Source of the DNA: Guillardia theta CCMP2712 | Taxonomy: Eukaryota; Protista; Cryptophyta | Direction of reading: 5' to 3' | Assembly: GCF_000315625.1 (NCBI RefSeq) | Contig: NW_005434533.1 | Span: 93,821 to 157,820 of the forward strand | Length of the DNA: 64,000 bases | Shown here: positions 28,652 through 39,968 of the stretch, piece by piece | How the letters are laid out: each line of letters begins with the position of its first letter | How positions within the stretch are numbered: position 1 is the stretch's first letter | Notes under the pieces: model-generated | What the model was told of the DNA's origin: nothing | Databases searched by the model: none | Seen by the model: only the letters and a program-made list of their open reading frames with translations | Made by a program: the position numbers and the translations under genes

Positions 28652-29793
28652 CACGCCCATCCTTTCTGGTGGAATCCCATCCCGGTGTCTTCGAAGGGCA
28701 GTGCCACGTCATCATCAATGTCTTCCTGCAGCTCCCAGCAGTCGACCGCCTCTGCTCCATAGCCGATGCCTGCAGAAAGATCAAAATGCGCATGTGGAGG
28801 AAAGAAATTGATCCACGTCATTATCATCATCTATCAGATTCATCACCACCATTTTCTTCTTTTCCTTCATAATCATCTTCTATACCATCATCACCACCAC
28901 CACCACCACCATTACTGTTCCAAACATCTCTAAGATGGTCGTGAAGTTTTCTTCTATCGCCATCATCAAAATCATCTACCTCCTCCGAGCGAAGGGATGG
29001 GTCGTTGACTCGGATACACATCAAGCACCTGATAAGGAAGGTGTATCATCATCCAGAAGGAAGAAAAATCATGCTATCAACAAAGATGACTGAGCACGTG
29101 GTGGCGATGGTGGTGGATGATGAGGGAGGAGGGAGGGAGGAACGGACGTGGAGGGGGTGAGGAGATAGGAGGAGGGGGCGAGGAGAAAGGAGGAGATGTG
29201 TGGGGGCAGGAGCGCATCAAATATTGCTGCAAATTGAGAAGGAGCAAGAAACTATCATCATCGCATACACTCACCCGGACAATGTTCGCCTCGTCAAGAG
29301 TGAAAGGAGCCACCCTTGAGTCCGCGTACCTGCCGAGTTCTGTCAAACAACAGGCAGGAGCAAGGAGGCAAGCGTACAACTCTTTGCTTCCCTGCTCCCG
29401 AACACAGAGCAGCTGTACCACGAGACTGTCTGCATCGATCAAAGCTGCCAACCCCTTCGTCTTGGGCTCGTGCTGGAGCAGGAGATGCTCTGGAAGAAGA
29501 ATTTCGAGGCAATCCTTCTCGAACAATTCTTGTGATGCCATGGAAAACGAGAGCCTCCTCGGTGACTGCCACAGATCTGCGAAGCATGACCTCCTGCTCG
29601 CGCATGGCGATCGTGCCCCCAGTGCCCTGCCCACGGACAAGCGGTGATGGCTGATCCTGCTCGGGAGCAGGCAGCTCGTAGAGACGAACATCAAGGAGGA
29701 GTAAGAGGGAGAAGCCAAAGGGACGGCAAGAGCATGCGAGAGGAGGAGGAGGAGGAGGAGGAGGAGGAGGAGGAATGGAAACCCTTCCACCAT
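28651..29793 (-). CDS. Hypothetical, probably plastid-targeted protein
   Basis: Poly-Leu signal plus S/R-rich transit-like region; spliced exons ...VQLLCVREQGSKEL|YADSR...NIVR|VLDVYPSQRPIPSLGG|GIGYGAEAVDCWELQ...QKGWA*. Confidence 0.65.
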
Positions 29794-29919
29794 GGGCGCA
29801 AACCTCGGGGGATATAAAAGTGGGAATGAGGGGGGACGGGGGCTACTATGATGCTGGGAGTGAGGGAGGATGAGGGCTGACGGAGTGGCAATTTTGCGAA
29901 AGGTCAGCCCGGTTCCGCC

Positions 29920-31793
29920 ATGGCGTACGGAGACCTGGAGAGGCGCAGGACGCGCGTGTTTGCGATGGCAGGAGGCTCCTTCCTCATTGCCCTGGCATGC
30001 CTGAACATGATGGCAAGCTTCAAGAGCACGAGGACGACCATGCTCAAGTCCAAGGTCCCTTGCTGCTCTCCATCTCTGTCTCGGTCCCTTCCTCTCCTCC
30101 CGATCGACTGCAGATCAGCTGCATCTCCGGCTCCTGCTGCTCCCATGTGTTATCATTCCCGCTCTTATCAGATTCTCCTTTGTATGCCTGCCATTCATGT
30201 TCTTGGTTGCTCGCAGATGGACCCGTACGTGAGCTCCCGCGCTGCCAGGAGTGATCTCAACAGCTACTTCGACAAGCTGCCAGTTCACAAGGGCAAGAGG
30301 TGAGAAGCCCTTGCAACGATCTCCTCCTCACTTGCTTCCAGGATGGGCATCTCTGCTCGTCGTGCCCGCATGCAGCTGAACAGCATCTTCCAGCAAGGTG
30401 AGCGTTGCTCCTTGCTTTCTCGAGGCCTCGCATGATTTTCTCTAGACCCTTCTGTGATGCATCAGGCGAAGGCTCTCAACCAGAGAGTGAGGAGGCAGGT
30501 GGTTCAGGACCTTGCCTTCAGCTCCAAGAACGCCAAGGACGACATCGACTCCTACTTCGATTCGATGCAGCCCGAGACGCACAAGTACTCCTACCACCAC
30601 CACCAGCACGACAAGTCTGATGCCGATGAGGTCCAGTGTGCTTGCTGCCTCTCGTCTCTGATGGGAAGAACAGGGCTTGAGCCACGCTCAGCTCCAGGAG
30701 AGACTCGTCAAGTTCAAGAAGCAGAACCCTGAGTTCGCCAAGAAGGTGGAGGAGGTTGACCACAGCGCTCTCGTGCTGCCCATGGACTTATCCGCATGCT
30801 TCCAGGCGCATGCGATGTGGATGAAGAACCACAAGGCTCCTCCTAAGACGATGAAGGAGAAGAAGGAATACGGCGTGCTCCTGAACAAGGTTGTCTCTCC
30901 TTTTCCCCCCTCTCGCCTCATCATCTTGCAGTACGTCGGAGACATGGCGGCGATTCTTTCGGGCAAAGAGGCACCCCAGCCAGCCAAGGCTTCCAAGCCA
31001 GCCAAGGCTAGCCTCAAGTCCCAGGCGTTCAAGGCCTACATGGCACAGCATCCTGATACCAAGAAGAAGTTCATGAAGGTAAGATACAAGGAGGACGAGT
31101 GGGAAGAAAAGTACTTGGAGGGCGAAAGGAGGGAGATGGAGAGGAGGACATAAACAAGAATGTGACGATGTTGGCAGGCTCAGGGAATTTTCTTGAAGAA
31201 GTATGGTCACTTGCCGCAGAACGATGGAGAGAAGCAAACGTTCAAGGCTCTGCTCAAGAAGTACGTCGGACATCTCGACATCTCGGTTAAGAAGACGCTT
31301 GGCAAGGGTAAGAGGCCTGGAGGGACTTGACAGGCATGGAGTATGGCGAGTGAGGTGGAAGGGTGGAGGGATCAGGGAGAGGAACTCTCAGGGATGGGGG
31401 GATTCATGTCTTGCCATCCGCTCATGTTCCCCGACAGATTCCGCGGACGTGAAGTCTGGAGCTGACGACAGCACCGCCAGCAAGGTGCGAGGAGGAGGAG
31501 GCAAAGGTTGCTGGCTCGAGCATGCTGATCGTTTAGCGCAGGTGGACGATGAGACGAAGCAGAAGATGTTGAAGACGATGGAGAAGAAGGACCCAACACT
31601 CCAGCAGAAGCTCAAAGAGGTCGGACGAGGTGTAGTTCGTGATGTGCCTGACATGCTCTTGAAGGCCCACGACGTCTGGATCAAGACCGGCCATAAGGGA
31701 CCCCCCAAGAATGCAGAGGAGGAGAAGCAGTACAGGAAGCTCCTCGACCAGATGGTCGGCGAGGAGAGGACCAAGGCTGTCAAGTCCATGTAA
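29920..31793 (+). CDS. N-terminally anchored repeat protein (SYFD repeats + three ~46-aa helical repeats)
   Basis: TM at residues ~13-32; many short GT-AG introns join in frame; stop TAA at 31791-31793. Confidence 0.75.
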
Positions 31794-31894
31794 ACATTGA
31801 GATCCTTTACTTGGCTCTCCCCCTATTCCTCCCCTGCTACCCGCCTCCTCGCCCTCGGGCACTTGTGCGCCAGTGTTAACTCCCCCCAACGTCG

Positions 31895-31981
31895 TCATGT
31901 CTTCTTGCCACCCTTTATCCCACCCAGCACGCCAGTGTGGGCTGGACGGAGTTTGCGCAGTTCCTACAAAGTTGATCAGGG

Positions 31982-32057
<76 letters not shown>

Positions 32058-35000
32058 CCTGTGCGAGGACGCAGTTGGCTTCATCCATCTCAGCCAGTCG
32101 GATCTTGCTGGTCGTGAGCTCGTGTATGAGATCCTCGTACTGACAGCAGTCGTCAAGGAATGGTGGAGTACGTAGAGAGAGGGGGAAGGAAAGGAGGCCG
32201 ACGAAGAGTATAGCAAGGAGGAGGAGGAGGAGGAGGATGAAGGGCTAGACACTCACTTCAGGCTCGAGCTCCTTGAGCCTCTCAGATCGCTGTTGCAGGT
32301 CCTGCAAGTGAGTTAGAGAGGCCTTACTCGCTTCCTCGAGCATACCGGCAGGTTCACTTCCTGCCAGTGCCTGAAGTTGTCCAGCTCCTCCTCCACTTTC
32401 ACCCTCCGTATGTTGGACTCTAGCAGCTGCTCTTCCAGTGTCGCCTTCTCTTCCTCCCACCGGCTCGTCTTCTCCCGCAGCTCTGCCTCCTGCAGCCGAA
32501 CCATCTTCTGCATGCCCTCGTATACTTCCTTCCTGCCCCTCAGCTCCTCGACCTCCTTCTCCAGCTTCTCCGCATGCTGCAACGCCCGCGAGAGCTCGGC
32601 CGTCTGCCTCAGCCCGACACGCGCGACCTCGAACAAGTTTTCCAGCTCGATCAGGTGGCGGCGAATGCCGGAGAGCACAGCTTGTCCCTTCACCTCCTCC
32701 TCCGACGGCATCCCCGCCATCAGGCCCCGTAGGCTCGAGTGCTTGAGGACCAGAGGAGAAGAAGCCCCCGCCTGTGATGCTCCCACGACTGCGAGCAGAC
32801 GCTCCCTGTCCCGCAGCAGCTGCTCCACCTCCTCAGCATCCACCTCCTTCCCGCTTGAGAGCCTGACGACGCCTCCTCCTCCACCCCCTTCCAACCGACC
32901 CGCCGAGTCAGTCTGTGTGCCGGCCTCGCACATCTCTGATAGGATGTGGGCGAGGGAGGGAGCAGCGGAGCCAGTGAAGCTCGTGTTGCGGACCAAGGGG
33001 GCGGCCTCTGCATCCTCTGTGAGATGCCTCGGAGACGAGCTGGAGCCCGCAAACTTCTCGAGCAGGAGGCGCTGCCGCAGCTTCGCCTCGTTGACCCTCA
33101 GGCGCGTCTGGCGGCCCCTCACCATCTTCTGCAGGAGGGTCGCTGACCCCCTCTTCTCCCTCAGCCTCTGCACCTCCTCGTTCCTCCGCAAGCAGCTGCC
33201 CAGCTGCTGGACGGCAGACAGCTCCATCAGCCTCTTGATGTGCTTCTGCTGGGCTGCAGCTCGGCGAGCCCGAGCCTCTAGTTCCTCTGCCGCTCTCCTC
33301 CACGCTTTCATCGAGCTTGTCCTCCTCCTCCTCACGCTCCCCTGCAGCAGTGCCGCCGCGTCCGTCAGATGGTGGGAGAGCACCTCCTCCAGCCGCGCCA
33401 GGACCCCTCCCTTCATGAAGATCTTGTGCTTCCCCAGCTGGTACAGGGACGAGTCTGAGCAGAAGTCCAGCAGGATGCTCCTGCTCTGCTCCCGCGCCTC
33501 CTCCAGGGTCTTGACGTGGCTGCCGCGGACAAGCATGCGGTAGCGGGTGGCGAAGTCGAGGAAAGAGATCCTGGAAGGATACCCTGCCTGCGCGATCTTC
33601 ACTGCAGCGTACACCCCCGAGCATCGCAACTGGTGGTCGACCATCCCAGCATGCAGCAGCAACGGCGCCTTGGCCGCGTTGGGTTTGATGCAGCGGACGA
33701 AGGTCGGGCGAGTCCTCGCAAGCGTCTTCATGAGCTGCTGCAGCTGCTCGCGGAACTTGGCAGACACGCTGATGTGCTGGGAAGCCTTGGAGCCGAGTTG
33801 TCTCCCCATTTGGCGGGACTTGGAGGAGGAGGAGGAGGAGGAGGAGGAGGAGGGGGAGAACATGTCCTTGATGATGGAGACTCGAGAGCTGGCGAGGAGC
33901 TCGGTGAGGTCAGAGTAGAGCTGGTCCTTGTTCTTGTCGAGGAAGCCGAGCACGAGATACTCGACGGAGCCGGCAGAATGCTTGACGAGGAAGGACGTGT
34001 GCTTCAGCTTCGGCTGCGTGAAGTCCTTGGACGACGCATGCTTCTTGCTGAGCACCTGCCGGGACGGTGAGGAGAATGTTATCCGAAGAGAGGGAGGAGA
34101 GAAGAGCAGGGATCTGATGGATGAAGGAGCGGAACAGACGACAGGAGCTAAAAGTGAAGAATGATGAGGGGGGAGGAAACGAGTCAATGAACAAGGAGGG
34201 AGGGAGGGGCAGGAAAGGGAGGGAGGGGCAGGAAAGGGAGGGAGGGGCAGGAAAGGGAGGGCAAGGAGTGAAAGGTCTACCTGCAAGAAGGACGAGTCTG
34301 TAGCTGTTGCAAACAAACACTGGTCGTCCAATATGGGCAGGATGCCCTCCGGCTTTCCCTCTAGCAGCTCCAGCACAGACAAGTTGTCCTCGTAGTCCAC
34401 ACGGACCCACTCCACCTCCTCTGCTGCGTACTCCTCCTGCTCGCTAGAAAGCATCTGGTCGTTGAAGTACCTCTGCAGCTTCTCGTTGGCATAATTGATA
34501 CAGAGCTGCTCGAACCCATTCTCCTCCAGAATCTCGAAACCAAAGATGTCGAGGAGCCCGATGCATCCAACGGAGGAGGAGGAGGAGGAGCCGCTGACCT
34601 GAGCCGAAAGGACCTCGTTGATCCTCTCCAGCAGCCAGTCAAAGAGCCTCGTGTAGAGGGCGCGAGAAACAGCATCGCGCGATAGGATTGCCTCCATCCT
34701 GCTCTTCGGGACCTTAAAGGCCGTCAAAAACTACCGACATGGACCTCTCTCCCTTTCTCCCCTCCCCAGCCCCCCCCCCTCTCCTCTTCCTCCTCCTCCT
34801 CTGACTTCCTCCTCTCACCTGCAAGACTTCCAGTCCAGCCTTGATCTTCCTCTGGCACAACGCTGTCCGAGCATCCGCTGGTTCCAACCCGAGCACACGG
34901 CATGCCACGTCCTCTGCTCCATCGTTCATGGTCCCCGACCCGTCCTTGAGCGCTCCGAACTCGATGTCTCCGAGGTGCAAGATACCAGCAAGAATTCGCC

Positions 35001-36220
35001 AGATCCCCTCCTGGGCTGTAGGTGGAATCCCGACGGAGGACAGCGCGTTCTTGGTGGTGCGGAAGTCGGCGGAGTCATCAACGCCGGGGATGGAGAGGCA
35101 CTTGCCCTGCCTTGAGAACTTGTGGGCTGATGCTGCCGACAGCTTGAGGACGGCAAGCATGTCCTCTCCTGCTCCCGCGCAGAGCTGATAGAAAATGTGA
35201 TAGTTTCTCTCCCCCTCCGCCTGATGCGTGACCCTCGATTTCTCAAGGAGGTAGTGCTCGATGTACGCCTCACTGATGCGGTGGCTCTTGGTCACGTGGA
35301 TGCGGATGAACTTGCCAAACCTCGAGCTGTTGTCGTTCCTGATCGTCTTTGCGTTGCCAAACGCTTCTGTCAGAGGGTTTGTCTGCAGGAAAACTCTCTC
35401 CATGCTCTTCTCCCCTCCCTCGTCCTCGCTGCTCCTGTCTCCTCCCGTGCCATCGCCGCTTTCCATGTTCCAGAAGGCGAGGTAGCGCATGATGGACTTG
35501 GCAGCCTCAGTCTTCCCTGCTCCGCTCTCCCCGCTGATCACGATGGACTGGTCCATCTTATCTCGAAATAGAGACTGCAACGCGCTTTCCGCCGCTGCAA
35601 ACACGTGCGGGTCCTTCTCGCTGACATTGGAGCCCCGGTAGGAGGACATGGTCGAATCATCGTACAGCCCTGCGATGGGTTGGAACGGGTTGATGGAAAT
35701 GAGCAGCGGGCCTGTGTAGGTGTAGATCAGGCCAGCTCGGAAGCGAACAACCAGATTGTGAAGGAGGCAGGGAGCACTGAGTTCAGAGAGGCGGCACATG
35801 TCGGCTACTCCATCGAACCGGGAGGGGTTGGCGAGGAAGACGTCCTCTAGCTGAACCTGCTTCGTCAGCGGCACCTTGCCGCTTGGGAACGTCTCTCCTA
35901 CTTTGATCATGAAGGTCGGGTGTGAAGGGTTAACATGCTCGTCCAGAACGTCCTCGACCTGTCCAAGCTCCCACCTGCTCTCGTTTCAACTCCATCACTC
36001 CTAACGAATGCACGTACCTGGTGATCAGCTTGATACATCCCTGCGAGAGCTCCTTCCTCCTCGAGCCCTCTTCCCCGCCCTCCAGCTTCGCATCGGCTGG
36101 ATGCTGAGGCCTCCATGGGTAAAGCGGAGCACCAGCATTGCGCACGATCTCGACGTCGTCCTGTGTGCGGATCCAAACGACAGAGCGCTTGGTTGGGTGT
36201 AGGAGATTTGAGCCTGACAT
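31895..36220 (-). CDS. Myosin heavy chain (motor, ~4 degenerate IQ motifs, coiled-coil tail)
   Basis: IYTYTGPLLISINPF, SGESGAGKTE, EAFGNAKTIRNDNSSRFGKF, LLDIFGFE, EQLCINYANEKLQ, FVRCIKPN, QLRCSGV, YQLGKHKIF. Confidence 0.95.
31981..32056. repeat. (GAGCAG)n hexamer in the last myosin intron
   Basis: Lies between donor GCACAG|GT and acceptor TTTGTAG on the minus strand. Confidence 0.85.
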
Positions 36221-37134
36221 GCTTGCGGGGAGAGAAAGGAGGAAAGATCTGCTAGCTGAAGGGGTCAAAATGAAAGCAGGACCGTATCGCGCATTATGTT
36301 CATATCCTTCAGTTCCTTATCTGTGGCAGGCATCAGTCAGTGAATCTTCAAGGAAAAATGTTGTCCATCAATGTTTTCCTTCCTCTGCGCACCTTATCTC
36401 CGCAATCCTATCACCCTGTCTACCTACATCAACTCAAGTCCTGGCTCCCTCCCTCTCCTGGCTCTCTTCCACAGCGTCATACTTCCTCCCTCCCTTCCTC
36501 CATCTCTTCCGCCTTCCCTCATCGTTCTCCTTCACTTCCTCGTAAAATCTCTTGCTCGCGTCTACCCTTCCTGCTCCTCCCCATCCTCCCTCCCACTTCG
36601 TCATCGCCACCGGTTCGACCTATGAGCATTTTCCCCTCTGAATGTGGGGGGATGAGGGTAAAAGAATGAGGGTGATGATTTTGTGAGAATGAGGGTGATG
36701 AAATTGAGATGGGATGAGGGGGGATAAGGGAGTCAAGGAGGGTTGATTGTAGTGTCATGCTGTGCATATATCCTTCTTTTCTTTTGAGACCGGTACTTTA
36801 GACTGCAACTTTGCCACAGAATACTGGGTGGGTATACCGCACCACCCCCTCTAATTGCACCCAATTCAAGATTCCCGACCTGGGTCATTGGGGTTACGTG
36901 TGCTTACAAGAATTGGATGACAACAGGTGGGGGTGGTGTTTATACCCACCTTTTTCCTTCAGAATAAAGGCAAATACCTGGTAGGGTAGTATATCCCAGG
37001 AGGGGTGTATAGGGTACAAGGGGAAGCTTTCGGACATGGTTGCCGGGATTTTGGGAGGGGGGCGATGGCGGGAGGCAGCGGCTGCAGCGATGGTGATGAT
37101 GATGACAGAGGATCCTTCCTATGGTTGATGAAGC

Positions 37135-39130
37135 ATGCAGATTCTTGCCCTCGGGTATTCATTCGCCCGGGCTCATCCCAACCGGCTGGCGGGGTCGGCA
37201 TGGGTGGCTGTTGTTTTATCTTGGGGATTATGGAAGAGAAAGGAGGTTCGTATAGCCTTCTCAAGTCTTTCTGATGTCCGGCGCCTTCGAGTTGCTGTAA
37301 ATTTTGAACCCTCATCGCACTCTTTGTTTTCAGGATCTTGTGAAGGACCTTGAAGGGATTGAATTTGTTCCCTGGACGCAAGTAGAAGCGTTTGCAAGCG
37401 AGATGCTGGTGGTGAGAAGAAGATTCGAATCAGACAGTCTTCGAGTCATACTAACACGGTGTTTGTATTGTAGTTGGATTGTACACATTCGACACTCGAC
37501 TGCCTGACGCACCATAGGGTATGTCGCCGAATTATGTTCTTGGAATTGAAAGTATTCTTTGTGAAGTCGCAACTTTGCAGATGCCTTCTGCCGCTCCAGC
37601 AGCGATAGCGGGGGACACAACATCAGCCATGGTGCTCAGTGCTGTGAAGCAAGGGCATAAGATCCTCTCCTGCCACAAGAAAGTCTCGGTCAACCATTTC
37701 GACATCGACGCTTTCATCAGCGTGTGGAGCGCCTGCAACCCGTCCCTCACCAAGGACTTCTTCGATGCGCTGCTTCAGGCAGCGGCCATCGGCGACTTCA
37801 GAGAGTTCGATCAGACTCAGCTCGGATCGGACCTGGGGCTCAAGATCTGCTGCTGGATCAACACGATGGAGAGGTGGGACCGGCACATCGCGTGCCGACG
37901 GCTAAAGACTGTGAACAGGCGACTGTTCTCGCGTCCTTTTGAGGACGGGGACGAGGACAAATGGCCATACTTCATGCAGGAGGTGAGAGCTGATCTTGTT
38001 GTTCAAACATGCCTGGCGACTGATGGGAGGCTAGGGCCGTTTCTTGCACTTCCTGAGGAACCCTGACGAGCACGAGGAGGAGTGGAAAGAAGAATATTCG
38101 AGGTGATTATATTCCAGGAGAGCGATGAGAGGGCGTTACTTGGTTCTTCTAGGGTCAAGAGCGATCTTGTTTCCATCGAAGAGCTCGGAAGAATCCGATG
38201 GTAACTCTTCGGCTCCCTGAAGCAGACCTGACCCGCCTGGCGTCCTTCAGTTATGACGACATCAGCCTTTGTGTCGTTCAGGTACCCGAGCCCATCCACT
38301 ACTATGCTCTTTTCAGGTAAGAAATACACAATCTGTCAGCTCGTCAGTGATTGTTGTATGGAGTGTCTCGAAGGGATACGATGTGGTCTTGTCCGGTTAC
38401 AGCAGAAACCGACATGAGATTGAGCAGAAATACACTCAGGTGTACCTCCACTCTAAGCACGGAAAAACATTCTCTTGACTTTTCACTGGCAGTTTGTAAA
38501 CCTGGCAAGTAGGAGGACGCTCCCAAGGCTGGAGTTGGCGACCCTTTGCAAGACTTTGAATGAGTTGGAGGAGTATGCAGCAAAAGGTTCATACCTTCTC
38601 GCTTGCCTTCCTAGGTCTGCTGAAAGTGCTATAGCGGCCGAGAGACGGACGATAGGAGCGATGAGGAGGCGTAGCGCGAAGAAGGAGTCTCAGATGACGT
38701 GGAAATGTGAGCGAGTGGTGGACACAGGCCCTCTTCTTCGCCTGGAAGACTCGGAGAGTCCGGAGGCGATGACTAGAGCTCAACGGTATGACTTGATGGT
38801 TGTGCTATGATGACATGCCGTCAGCTATGCCCACCCGTATGAGAGAGACATCCAGTCCTCCAAGATCAAGTTGAACTCGATGGAAAGGTGAGACTTGTTC
38901 TCTTTGCAACGATCCCCCCTGAGGATCTGACCGTTGACCCGTTGAACCGTCTATTCGCCGCCCGTCTCGTCGCCGTCCTCAGGCTGCTCGTCTCGTACAT
39001 GACACATTCTTATAACGGCGTTACTCCGAAGCTGCGATGGACCTGGAATGACATCCATCACTTCAACAAGAGCATCCGCTACGACAACTGGAAGGTTGAT
39101 TTCGAAAGCCTCGTTACTGCCGCCCTATAG
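37135..39130 (+). CDS. DUF6687-like / DHH-related conserved protein (start uncertain)
   Basis: LDCTH..LTHH, GDTTS, VSVNHFDIDAFISVW, AAAIGDFRE, EQKYTQFV...RRTLPRL, DTGPLLRL, RYAHPYER. Confidence 0.65.
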
Positions 39131-39540
39131 CCTCAGCCGGCGGGGCCGCCGGGCCTGCTGGCGGCACTGCACTGTGGCTGGCGCTCTCACCACCGTTGTG
39201 AAGTGATGAGCAGTCACGAGTCTCATCAGTGATAGTTCAGTAAAGATATTGTTAGTTTCAAGCCTGAGCGCGGCTGCGCCGCGGGGGGGGCGGGGTAACC
39301 GGAGCACTGCCAGCCTGAGGCTGAGCCGCCGGCGCTGTGCCATGCTTGTGCGGCCATCCGATCGGTGGCATCGCCGGGATCACGGGTCCGCGGCCCGGCC
39401 GCTGCGCGGCCGGGCCTCAGTTAGTAGTAGCTGCGGCCGCGGCCGCTGGGCCTGGCACGAGAGAACGGTGCCACCAGGAGGGCCCGGGCCGCCGAGTGAC
39501 CCGTGAGGCCCGGCCGGGCGACTCCGGCTGACTCGGGCGA
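39128..39540. other. GC-rich palindromic-word island
   Basis: gcggccgcggccgc, ccgatcgg, gggcccgggcc, cccggccggg; starts right after the upstream stop codon. Confidence 0.6.
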
Positions 39541-39968
39541 TGAGGTTAGAGGGAATGAGGGCGATGATCGTTGAAGTCTCGTGGCCACGTCAGATGGGTA
39601 GTGGTAATTTTGTGAGGGGTGGTGGGAAGTTGTAAATTGGGGGGTGGGGGTGATCATTAGCATCTCACTGGGGTGGGTACACGACTCTCAACTCCTGCGA
39701 ATGTGGAACGAACTGATTTTGTTTAGCCTCAAAATTTCCAAATTTATTTTTTTAATGAAATTAGAAAATAAATTTCATATATTAATTGAAATATTTCATA
39801 AAATCCAAACTGCTGGTATTTTCGTTCTCCCTCCTGTTCTGAGGTGAACGATCCTGATCGTTCAGGGTGGGTGGTACCCCTGCAAGGGGAGTGTGGGGCC
39901 TCTTGAGAGGGGGTGGGGTCAACCAGGTAGCAGTAGCAAGTGACAGGGTCATCGGCCTATCTGGATCA

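Noticed and set aside
32377-33624. Long antisense/alternate-frame ORFs over myosin (also over PDI, PhoX-like, sarcosine oxidase)
   Set aside because: Shadow ORFs expected from GC3-rich coding sequence
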